From Candidatus Acidiferrales bacterium (GTDB lineage Bacteria; Acidobacteriota; Terriglobia; Acidiferrales; UBA7541), in assembly GCA_963735825.1 (NCBI GenBank), contig CAVTMR010000020.1, positions 499,770-563,769 on the forward strand: a DNA stretch of 64,000 nt, in the 5' to 3' direction. The stretch's first letter is position 1. Each line of letters starts with the position of its first letter. Of this stretch, positions 19,497 through 27,681 are shown piece after piece. The notes under the pieces were generated by a model. That model was not told the DNA's origin and ran no database searches. It saw nothing but the letters and a program-made list of their open reading frames with translations. Made by a program: the position numbers and the translations under genes.

Positions 19497-20465
19497 GAAT
19501 TAGCCCTTCTGACTTTCACTGTCGCTGGCTGCCACTGTGTAACTCAAGCCTTCCCGCAGACCTCCAATTCAAACCGGAGCATTGCGGTGGCTTAGCTCAT
19601 GTCGGCGAAGACTACGATGTTGTCGCAGAAGGGCAGGAATTAAGAATTGTAGGTAAGGATTACGGGCGGGGCAGTTCAGAATTGAGGGCACGCCAACTAG
19701 AAATTCAAACCTACGAAGGGCAACCTCGCACTACAAAGGAATAAACAAGGTTCTGATGGAAATTTTCCAAGAGCGGTGTAAGAGCGGTTCTTGGCGGCAT
19801 CTCCTCAGGCGAATGGCCCAAGCGAATGCTACCCGGTGCACTGCACCTAGAGAAAGTCGAAAGGGTAAGCCGCTCATGAACTCACGCACACTGTGCGAAT
19901 GAATTGCTGGCGCCATTTCAGCAAAGAAATCGAGGTGCTCGAACCGGCTCTAATCTGGTTGCACGATGCTGACGCTCAATCTTCATTTCAGCAAGCCGTT
20001 CGTAAAGATGGACTCTTAGCGAGAGTTCTATACGAACAACTTCCAGAATGTCAGCAAGTCAACTGGGCAATTTTCCCAAGAGAAGATCGGCCCAGCTGCG
20101 ATTGGGCGGCAATCTTTGAACTCATCGCTTGGAAGTGCAGGCTTTCCTGGTGCTCGAAGGTAAAGCTTGTGAAACGGTCGTGCAACGCCCGTTCTGTCAA
20201 TTTCGTGATCGAGATCTTCCAAGTGAATAGCCATTAAGTCATCAGCGAGTTACTGTTTAAGATCCTTAAATGGGACCCCGGTGGGCTGGCGGTGGGCGGG
20301 TCGCCCCGCCCGGTAGGTTCGTCACCTGGCGACAGGGCCTCAGGTCCTGCGTTCTGCCCAAAAAAATTGAACGTGGGATACATCAGGCAACTGCCAGGCG
20401 AATCCCTATCCAAACACGACACCAACAATATTCGCATCTGTACGGCGCGCTATGCGCCCCGCGCA

Positions 20466-20675
20466 TCAGCACTCGGAACCGCCCCTCCTGATCTCGGCCG
20501 TTGCACGTTGCGATTTTATGGGGAATCGAAATCGAAAGTATCTTTTGTCGCAAACTTCACAGCGGAATGGAATCACGAAAAACACTGCGCAGAAGAGCCT
20601 TTCAAGCACGCCTTGGCGGCGAGATCTGTGTGTGCTTTGACTCTGGCACCGAGGGCAACGGTTACGTTTGTTCAT
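20466..20675 (-). CDS. small zinc-ribbon protein (two CxxC pairs)
   Basis: MNKRNRCPRCQSQSTHRSRRQGVLERLFCAVFFVIPFRCEVCDKRYF, with CPRC...CEVC. Start taken at the internal Met (20675). Confidence 0.5.
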   Translation of the reverse strand: MNKRNRCPRCQSQSTHRSRRQGVLERLFCAVFFVIPFRCEVCDKRYFRFRFPIKSQRATAEIRRGGSEC

Positions 20676-20779
20676 ATAGATTCCATAGCAAACTTCCCGG
20701 AGAGACGGCCCGACCAGGCCACAGTTTTCTCCAGAAGTCGCGTCCAACCGAGCGGGGCTATTCGGGGGCTGTTATTAAA

Positions 20780-21137
20780 GCACGTTTTGATCAGTGATGG
20801 AAGCCGCAGCACCTTGTTGACCTTGTTGCACCTTGTTACCTTGTGAACCTTGTTACGCCCTTCACTCCGCTAGCGGGTAGTCGAGCCGGACCGACGGCAA
20901 CCGGGCCGCTCCCTGATTGCTCCAGGGCAACAACAGACATGCCGCAGCGCAACGACAGACATCTTCACAGCGGCCATAATCTTCTTAATCGGTTGTGCGG
21001 AGGACAGCTTCCTCGTCTCATGAGCGGGGATTGCTGGGAATGCAGTTACTCCGCGCAGGGCCGGCCTTGTCAGCTGGCCGGCCCTTCTACAATCGATCGT
21101 AAGTCGGTCGCCGCCCATCCCGACCTCCGTGTCCAAG
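20780..21137. repeat. direct repeat copy A (structured, non-coding, ~0.36 kb)
   Basis: Begins cacgttttgatcagtgatggaagccgcagcaccttgtt and ends gccgcccatcccgacctccgtgtccaag. Long identical blocks are shared with 21938..22337. Indels between copies are not multiples of 3. Confidence 0.85.
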
Positions 21138-21186
21138 CAGCGTGCATCCGTCTGTCGCCAAAGAATTGATGTGCTGCACTGTTGTT

Positions 21187-21393
21187 TCAATCCTCTAGCA
21201 CCCGCCAAAGCTCAATTAGCGCCGTTTCATCGTGGCCAAAATCCACCTGCAGCTTGATTCCGTTGCGATCCTGAATGAGGCGATTTAAACGCGCCTCCAC
21301 GATCCTGTCCCCGGAGAGCTTCACGAGGATAGTTTGACCGGGCTTGTACTCTTTGGGTATCTTCTTCGCCATTCCGCTCTCGCTTCTTGCCAT
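21187..21393 (-). CDS. hypothetical small protein (61-68 aa) between the repeats
   Basis: M(ARSESGM)AKKIPKEYKPGQTILVKLSGDRIVEARLNRLIQDRNGIKLQVDFGHDETALIELWRVLED. Protein-like composition, no family recognised. Confidence 0.35.
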   Translation of the reverse strand: MARSESGMAKKIPKEYKPGQTILVKLSGDRIVEARLNRLIQDRNGIKLQVDFGHDETALIELWRVLED

Positions 21394-21602
21394 TGAATCA
21401 CGAAAGCTTCGAGCGGAGGCTTCCCGTTGTTCGCATAGGGACTGATCATGTGACGGGCAGCCCTCCCGAACTGGCGCAGTTGTTCATCGGTCATCCCTCG
21501 CAGACGGACGCCAAGGCGCTCAACATCAATTTCCCGATGGATCTGAATCTCCGGAGGCATGGTGTCCGGTGAGAGGAAGGGAGTGCGGACAGTATAGCGC
21601 AT
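21321..21602 (-). CDS. hypothetical small protein (<=93 aa) between the repeats
   Basis: Internal Met of ORF 21321..21788 (MRYTVRTPFLSPDTMPPEIQIHREIDVERLGVRLRGMTDEQLRQFGRAARHMISPYANNGKPPLEAF..). The upstream part of the ORF is antisense to an ADH fragment. Its 3' end overlaps the next ORF out of frame. Confidence 0.3.
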   Translation of the reverse strand: MRYTVRTPFLSPDTMPPEIQIHREIDVERLGVRLRGMTDEQLRQFGRAARHMISPYANNGKPPLEAFVIQWQEARAEWRRRYPKSTSPVKLSS

Positions 21603-21641
21603 CACAACAAAAACTACTCCCAGGCCGAAGGCCGCCATGAG

Positions 21642-21788
21642 TTGCTGATCATCGCTGTGGACTCGGATCCTGTCCGTGCTCAAATGGCCAAGCAAATGGG
21701 CGCCGACGCAGTTCTCAACTTCGAGAAGACGGACGTGATTGCAGAGATCAACATGTTCGGCACGGTGGACGCCGCCTGTGGTTGCCAA
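21642..21788 (+). pseudogene. fragment of a zinc-type (MDR) alcohol/threonine dehydrogenase
   Basis: IIAVDSDPVRAQMAKQMGADAVLNFEKTDVIAEI is the typical segment after the Rossmann GxGxxG of MDR dehydrogenases. It has no N- or C-terminal remainder. Confidence 0.5.
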
Positions 21789-21937
21789 ACTTGGCCGTAC
21801 GGAACCGTAGAGAATCGCAACCCAGTGCAGGCGCAGGGGGAGCTCGCAAGGGTCCCTGAGAACTAGATGTGGCTCGGGCTCAAGACTTTCAATGTCGAAA
21901 TCGGCTTGGTAAAAGCGGTTGAGCAGTACAAGGGCGT

Positions 21938-22337
21938 CACGTTTTGATCAGTGATGGAAGCCGCAGCACCTTGTTACCTTGTGAACCTTGTTCCGCCCTT
22001 CACTCCGCCAGCGGGTAGTCGAGCCGGACCGACGGCAACCGGGCCGCTCCCTGATTGCTCCAGGGCAACGACAGAAACCTTCACAGCGGCCATAATCGTC
22101 TTAATCGGTTGTGCGTTGAGGACAGCTTCCTCGTCTCATGAGCGGGGAATGCAGGGAATGCAGTTACTCCGCGCAGGGCCGGCCAAAAGGTCACGGCCGG
22201 CCCTTCTACAATCGACTCCGTCAGCCTGGTGCAGCGGTGCAGCCGGTGCAGCATCAGTCCCTGTATCTATACGAAAATAGGTATATTTTCACACACGTGA
22301 GCCGGGGTAGCCGCCCATCCCGGCTTCCGTGTCCAAG
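21938..22337. repeat. direct repeat copy B (~0.40 kb)
   Basis: Same ends and internal blocks as copy A. It has fewer ACCTTGT octamers, lacks a 22-nt internal duplication, and carries a 94-nt copy-specific insert (22216-22309). Confidence 0.85.
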
Positions 22338-22381
22338 TCCCTGCGTCGGGTCCTGACAACTCCAAATGGTAAAATAGCACT

Positions 22382-22690
22382 GTGCTACCGCGCATCCGAC
22401 CGATGCGGCTCCGCTACGTGAAAGAGCCGTTTGACAATCCTGATTACATTTTCGAGTTGAAACATGATGGCTTCCGAGCCGTGGTGTATCAGCAGAACGG
22501 CGAGTGTACGATCGTTTCGCGAAACCAGCGCAACCTTGGCTTCGAGTCCTTAAAGAAGCCCTGACAAAACTACCCGTGCAAAGCGCGATCATTGACGGCG
22601 AGATTGTTTGCCTTGACGCGCACGGCGTGAGTCGTTTCAATGAGCTTCACAAACGCTGGCCAAATCGGCTGGGGAATAGTGCTTCTCGTC
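22382..22690 (+). pseudogene. ATP-dependent DNA ligase (LigD-type) N-terminal fragment, frameshifted and truncated
   Basis: EPFDNPDYIFELKHDGFRAVVY (motif I KxDG) in one frame, then KLPVQSAIIDGEIVCLDAHGVSRFNEL (motif III) in another frame after about 22550. No downstream OB-fold part. Confidence 0.7.
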
Positions 22691-22908
22691 GACGACAAGG
22701 TTTGTGTACCGCTTCCCGCTGTACGTGAATGAACGGCCTTGCCCCAAGCTGAGGTGGGTGGTTTCGCGGATCTTGATTCCCCTGCAGGGAGCAGTTCCGA
22801 AGGGATTTTGAGAGCAGCAACTCTTCGAGGAGGGCTCTTCCATGTGAGGATTCAATCATCACTGGGGAAAGTGCATCTTAGGTTAGTTTCGGGGAAACGT
22901 TCAGGCCC

Positions 22909-23280
22909 TCAGGATGATGCTGAGTGAGTTCGCGGCCCGAAACTGGCCAGAGCTTGGGCTTCATCGTCAAAGCTCGGGATAATGTCTAGCAGGTGAAGTA
23001 CAGTCAGCACCTGCAGCACTCGGCCACCCGGGCATAGCAGTTTTAGGTCGCCGCCGTGCCGTTTGAGGGAAGTATACGTCTGTACAATGACGCTGACGCC
23101 GGAACTGTCCACCTGCGACAGGTCTGCTATATTCAACAACAGCTTGCTCGTACCCTTGGCAACCAATTCTTGTAGACGGACGCTCAATAGCTCGCTTTCG
23201 CCGCCGCTGATGGTCGACTTCCCCCGAAGGTCCAAGATGGTGACATCGCCGGATTCACGGATTGATACATCAAGGCCCAT
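22909..23280 (-). CDS. STAS-domain anti-sigma-factor antagonist (SpoIIAA/RsbV-like), orphan
   Basis: VTILDLRGKSTISGGESELL..KLLLNIADLSQVDSSGVSVIV..GGDLKLLCPGGRVLQVLTVLHL. Confidence 0.88.
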   Translation of the reverse strand: MGLDVSIRESGDVTILDLRGKSTISGGESELLSVRLQELVAKGTSKLLLNIADLSQVDSSGVSVIVQTYTSLKRHGGDLKLLCPGGRVLQVLTVLHLLDIIPSFDDEAQALASFGPRTHSASS

Positions 23281-23527
23281 AAGCTCTTTTTGTTCGATGC
23301 AGTATGACGGTGGGCGTTACTTCACATTAAGGCCACACACCGCCTTTGACCACCGCGCTGGAAATGATTCAGAAGAGCGAAACGGGTAGCCGAGGAACTC
23401 TTCAGCAGAGTGTCGGCTTGATGGATTTGAGCACCGAAGGACAAACCAAGGAGAAGTCGGTCGTGAATGTCGTGACTATCGTGGTGAAGCGGGGATAAGT
23501 CGCCCAGGACAACCGACAGGAGCAAAG

Positions 23528-23922
23528 ATGAAAACATTTCTCGTAACAATGGTGTTGCTGCTGCTCGGCAGGGCAACCTCCGCTCAGATCAATCACAGCG
23601 TTCCTCCCAACGCCAATGAGAGCTTCGTCTTTATGACAGGCAATGAACTCTTGCGAAGTTGCCGAGGCAAACTTCTCACCTACTGCATCGCATTCATCAC
23701 GGTGCTGTTGATATGATCGGTGCTTTTCAAGGTAGCTTAGACAAGAACAGTCAGAGTTACTGGAAGTACCGCACTGTGTGTTTACCGAAAGTGGCCTAAT
23801 CAAGCAAGTTAAGAATATTGTTCGTAAACACCTGATTGAACGCCCCGAGGAACGAGACCGCCAAGCGGCGCAACTCGTGAATTGTCACGCTCATCAAAAC
23901 GTGGGGCTGTCCAGCGGCCTGA
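23528..23922 (+). pseudogene. Rap1a/Tai4-like periplasmic immunity-type protein, multiply frameshifted
   Basis: The pieces follow the Rap1a-like pattern as I recall it, spread over three frames: signal peptide + FMTGNELLRSC..YCIAFI / HGAVDMIGAF..TVCLPKV / GLIKQVKNIVRKHLIERPEERDRQAAQLV / IVTLIKTWGCP. Confidence 0.4.
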
Positions 23923-24351
23923 TCGTGGACACGTTTCAACGAGCCTGGTCAATAATCTGCCACAACTAAATCAACACCGTCTCATCTCCAAATGACACCT
24001 GCAGACGCGCACCGTTTGTCCTCTCGAGGATACCGTCGGAGCACTCCTGCGCGCACTAACCGAAAGGAGAGTGCTCACTAACCATTCGGTTAGTTCAGGC
24101 GCGTAATTACTTCCTTTGTCCCCCTTGGTGGTTTCTGGCTTGACGCCTAATTCCTGTTGAATCTGGAACTTCAATTTCCTGGGTTTCCCTCCGCCATCCA
24201 AACGAGTATGGCCCTCCGCCTGCATTCCTTGTCCGGGTCGGCAGTAAAGAAAAGTCAAGCAGGAGCCAGGAAAGAAGAAAAAGGGCACGTTGACAGTTGG
24301 CGACATATTCCCTTTCTGCCTCTCTTCGCTTCCGACACAAAGGAGATTTTA

Positions 24352-24774
24352 TTGAAAAACCCACGCTCTATTCTTCTCGCTTTGACTGTCCTGTTACTGG
24401 CTACGGCCGCTCAGGCTCAGACGACCAACGTAAAGGCTAGCATCCCCTTCGACTTTGTCGTCGGCGACCACGCCTATACTGCTGGCGAATACACCGTTAA
24501 ATCCATGAGCCAAAGCAGCGCCGCCATTCGCATTGACAACGCCGACCAGTCAGAGAAAGGTATTACCCTCGCTAATGAATGCGAGAAGGGTCGACCCGCT
24601 ACGCAAACAACCCTTGTATTCCAGCGCTTGGGCAACAACTATTTCCTCTATCAGATTTGGACGGAAGGCAGCTCCCTTGGCCGTGAAGTCCCGAGGAGCA
24701 AGGCCGAGGCCCAGGTTGCCAAGAACTATAGTGAGCCCGAGCTCGTGATCGTTGCTGCAAACATCTCCCACTAA
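24352..24774 (+). CDS. small secreted protein of the 'IPFDFVVG...AGxY' family (function unknown)
   Basis: TTG start 6 nt after aaggag; signal LLALTVLLLATAAQAQ; ASIPFDFVVGDHAYTAGEYTV..LVFQRLGNNYFLYQIW. Followed by a terminator. Confidence 0.7.
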   Translation: MKNPRSILLALTVLLLATAAQAQTTNVKASIPFDFVVGDHAYTAGEYTVKSMSQSSAAIRIDNADQSEKGITLANECEKGRPATQTTLVFQRLGNNYFLYQIWTEGSSLGREVPRSKAEAQVAKNYSEPELVIVAANISH

Positions 24775-24810
24775 CCCCAAAACCGCCCCGCGGTGTTCAT
24801 CGCGAAAGAA

Positions 24811-24850
24811 AGAGGGAACGTACCCAGCCGTTCCCTCTTTTATTTTCTAT
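24811..24850 (+). terminator. Rho-independent terminator
   Basis: agagggaacg / loop tacccagc / cgttccctct, then tttattttctatttt. Confidence 0.6.
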
Positions 24851-24913
24851 TTTCTATATCCTTCCCCGTCTTAACACTTTATTTGCCGAGTAACTTGAGC
24901 TAGTCTCCGGCCC

Positions 24914-25135
24914 GTGCGACCAAAGCGCCCAAAAGTCGAGCCCATCCGCAACGCCACCTTGTTTGAAATGAACAAGCCCGAGCATGCGCCTCAGCTCGTG
25001 ACTTCGCGCAATATCGAGAGACCTTACTCCGCACCCGGCCTGCTTCTTGGCACATCATCATTCACCGCGGACGGCTGGCAAGGTTCTTTCTACCCACCTG
25101 GTATGCAGACGCGCAACTTCCTGTCTTACAATCTG
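24914..25135 (+). pseudogene. DUF72-family protein N-terminal fragment
   Basis: LLLGTSSFTADGWQGSFYPPGMQTRNFLSY matches the DUF72 N-terminus (GTSGW.y..W.g.FYP). The reading frame then collapses. Confidence 0.45.
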
Positions 25136-25272
25136 CAAAGACAACGAAGCGGTAACTCCACGCAGACATGCGTTTGAAAGAGAAAGATCTCTTGTGCACT
25201 GCGCCTCTCGGAATCAAACCAGGGCGATACCGCCCTCGCGACCGCCTGCTGGCCTTTCTGGAAAGCCTCTGA

Positions 25273-25760
25273 TTATGCCGACTCTGGGCGCAACCCGAGC
25301 CCCTCCCAGCCGCTGTTTCCCGAAAGGAGTAGGCATAATCGGGGAGTCGGCATGCTCTTCCACACGATCAACACGATAGTGGCAATCTTCCTGGCCAAGG
25401 TCAGACGCGTCATCTCCGGCCTGATGCCCTTGGCCAGGAATGCTGTGTAGAACTCCTGAAGCAGACCCGGCTTGCTCGAGGCCATCGCCGCCGACAAATT
25501 GTGCGAACGATGCTCGCGTCCCAGTGCGCTGTGTTGGCTATAAACAGACGAACGAGATGCTGGCCGTTTCGATTGAAATCATTCGCAACTGTCGAAATTT
25601 TCTGGCAGGCAGGCACCGTTACCGATGAGCGAGCGGGATGTACGGACTTGGGGGATATGTCGTCGTTGGGCGTGTACGGTTCGGTTGGCGGCGCTGGATC
25701 TTGGATAAGGTCGGCATAGTAACGCTGAGGAACCCGCGGATGTGAAGGCTGAGAAAGCAA
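25273..25760 (-). pseudogene. transposase C-terminal remnant (IS110-like tail), frameshifted
   Basis: FNRNGQHLVRLFIANTA in one frame, and AAMASSKPGLLQEFYTAFLAKGIRPEMTRLTLARKIATIVLIVWK in another. This resembles the ..FY..L..KG...A...ARKIA..L..WK tail of IS110-type transposases. Confidence 0.5.
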
Positions 25761-26135
25761 GGTCGCCCACCGTCGGCTCTCCAGGTTTCAGGTTGTCGGC
25801 TCTTGAATCTATAAACAGCGAATTAGCCGCGTCGAACGGCGGAGCCAATGGTACGGAGTGAAACAGTTACGCTTGAAAAGACTTCTCAACTCGATCGACA
25901 ATTCGTCATCAGAGACAGCATCAACGATTGCGGCGACGTATCGATCCGAGGATAACTTACGTGCCGCTAGGATTGCGGCGACGATTGCAATGACAGCCTG
26001 CTTGCGGTTAGGCTCCAAAAGACGATATCATCTTCGCTCTATATTCGCCATAGCAAACGAGAGCGTGTCGAGGATGGGGGACTGAAGGTCAGAGCCCCCG
26101 AGCGGAACGGCGGAGTGATAAGAGGAACTATAAAA

Positions 26136-26621
26136 CTATTTCGATGAATTCAATGAGATGGCGATTTTATCGAGCTTGTCGCTAGTCGCTAGCATATCGT
26201 CCTTGAGCTTCAATCCAAGCTTAGCAGTCGCAGGAACCTCGATGAAGGTAAGCATCTGCGCAATTCTATCCCCATCGTTCTCAAATTTGATTGCGGTGTC
26301 CAGCAACTGCTGCCGAAGGATATCCTTGGCGTGCGTTCGGTCGGCTGTGCATGAAATTGACCTGTAGACGCGAAACGTGAAGTTTAAAGCAAGCACTCGC
26401 TCGAATGCCAGTGAGGAAGTAGTCTGTAGATAGTCCGTCGCCTCAAACTCTGGTCCCCTTGCACCTTGCTCCGCCGCATGGAAATCGTCGACGTAACGAG
26501 AGTACGCTTCCAGCTCGGCTCCTAAGTCCCTACTGCTTGCTTGTCGATTTTGTGGTTCGGTCGCGACTGAGGCAAAGAGTAGGAGGGCAAGGCCCAGGAA
26601 GCAGAGTGCGATTCTCTTCAT
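26136..26621 (-). CDS. hypothetical secreted protein
   Basis: Signal peptide MKRIALCFLGLALLLFASVA; 161 aa, helical composition, no family recognised. Confidence 0.6.
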   Translation of the reverse strand: MKRIALCFLGLALLLFASVATEPQNRQASSRDLGAELEAYSRYVDDFHAAEQGARGPEFEATDYLQTTSSLAFERVLALNFTFRVYRSISCTADRTHAKDILRQQLLDTAIKFENDGDRIAQMLTFIEVPATAKLGLKLKDDMLATSDKLDKIAISLNSSK

Positions 26622-27090
26622 GTGACGGCTCCTGCCTATCTTCTACATGATGGCTATCACCTTGTCACGTCGCGTTCGTGCATTAATCCACGCGACCTTC
26701 GAACGGAGATATCGCCGTAAAGCGAAGCGGCACGAACATAGAAGCCAGACTTCCGTCGTGCTATAAGTCTGGGATGGCTAAAGCAATTAAGCACTGGCTG
26801 CTTTTCGAATACGTCGGTCTTGAGTTCACGCCGCTATCTAAGCCATTCAAAACGAGGGAGCAGGCGGAGACGGCGCGTGCGAAATATCCTGAGCGTCTAC
26901 GCAAGAGGATTGGGGTCGGTGTGATTCAGACAAAGAAATAACCCGGGACGTGTTTCACGGTGTTGCCACCGGTGGAAAAAGGTCGGGGCGTCCCGGCTCA
27001 TCGAAACACCTCAACCTATCGTACACGCTTACACTGTTTTTGCCCTCGAAAGTTGATGCGGTCTACTGGAGAAAAACTCCAGTTTTCCAA

Positions 27091-27126
27091 CGAGAAACAA
27101 AAGGGGAAAGCTTGGGGGCTTTCCCC
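27091..27126 (-). terminator. terminator downstream of pilin gene (hairpin usable in both directions)
   Basis: ggggaaagc / ttgggg / gctttcccc. It is flanked by an A-run on the plus strand (T-run on the minus strand) and tctctctctt. Confidence 0.55.
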
Positions 27127-27151
27127 TCTCTCTCTTGAAGATTGATTCTGT

Positions 27152-27634
27152 TTACTGCAATGAAGGATCGCCACCGACGGCCAACGGGCTGCAACCTGCG
27201 CCCGTGCCGTTGTAGTGGATCACGCCATCTTGAATCGAGCAGAACATACGCTGACCGGTCGTACCGACCGTAAGCGGCGTTGCGGTGATCAAGTACGTGG
27301 TGTTAATGCCGTTGACAGGGGAGCCGCCTACATCGGTCAGCGTGTAGCCGCTCTTCACACCCGTTACGAGCACTGCGTCAATAATACCCGCAGCCGCGCA
27401 GTCACCCGCGCCAGGACCAATGTTCGCCAACGCAGCAGGGAAGCCGTTCGTGGGACACTGTGCCGCGTACTGCACGTTAGCCGTAGTCAAGGTGCGGACC
27501 GAGCCAACCGCGGAAGACTCGTTGGCCGAAATGCGTGCCTTGAGCAGGTTCGGAATGGCGATAGCCGCGATGATCAGAATGATCGCCACGACGATCAACA
27601 ATTCAATGAGAGAAAAGCCCTTTTGTTTCCGCAT
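27152..27634 (-). CDS. type IV pilin (prepilin N-terminal cleavage/methylation domain)
   Basis: MRKQKGFSLIELLIVVAIILIIAAIAIPNLL (G|FSLIE with Glu+5) after RBS aaggag. C-terminal Cys pair. ORF trimmed from 27715. Confidence 0.9.
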   Translation of the reverse strand: MRKQKGFSLIELLIVVAIILIIAAIAIPNLLKARISANESSAVGSVRTLTTANVQYAAQCPTNGFPAALANIGPGAGDCAAAGIIDAVLVTGVKSGYTLTDVGGSPVNGINTTYLITATPLTVGTTGQRMFCSIQDGVIHYNGTGAGCSPLAVGGDPSLQ

Positions 27635-27652
27635 GGAGATCTCCTTGAAAGA

Positions 27653-27681
27653 ATTATAGGAAGTGGGGAACGCCACCGCAA
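27653..27681 (-). promoter_or_regulatory. candidate sigma70-type promoter of the pilin gene
   Basis: On the minus strand: TTGCGG, a 17-nt spacer, then TATAAT, ending about 19 nt upstream of the ATG. Confidence 0.3.

Noticed and set aside
19893-20237. Mutually antisense ORFs (19893..20237 on the plus strand, 20028..20234 and 19731..19916 on the minus strand) after the integrase remnant.
   Set aside because: Neither strand gives a continuous, recognisable protein. They are probably fragments of a decayed gene, and I could not assign strand or family.
20811-20855. Possible CRISPR or minisatellite interpretation of the ACCTTGTT array.
   Set aside because: The units are 8-10 nt and directly abutting, with no spacers. 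This is far too short for CRISPR repeats, so it is treated as a binding-site-like tandem array.
26774-26941. 55-aa ORF (MAKAIKHWLLFEYVGLEFTPLSKPFKTREQAETARAKYPERLRKRIGVGVIQTKK), and a 42-aa ORF at 30479..30607.
   Set aside because: The composition is plausible, but both are below any threshold I can support without homology or expression data, and both have weak RBS. Not reported as features.
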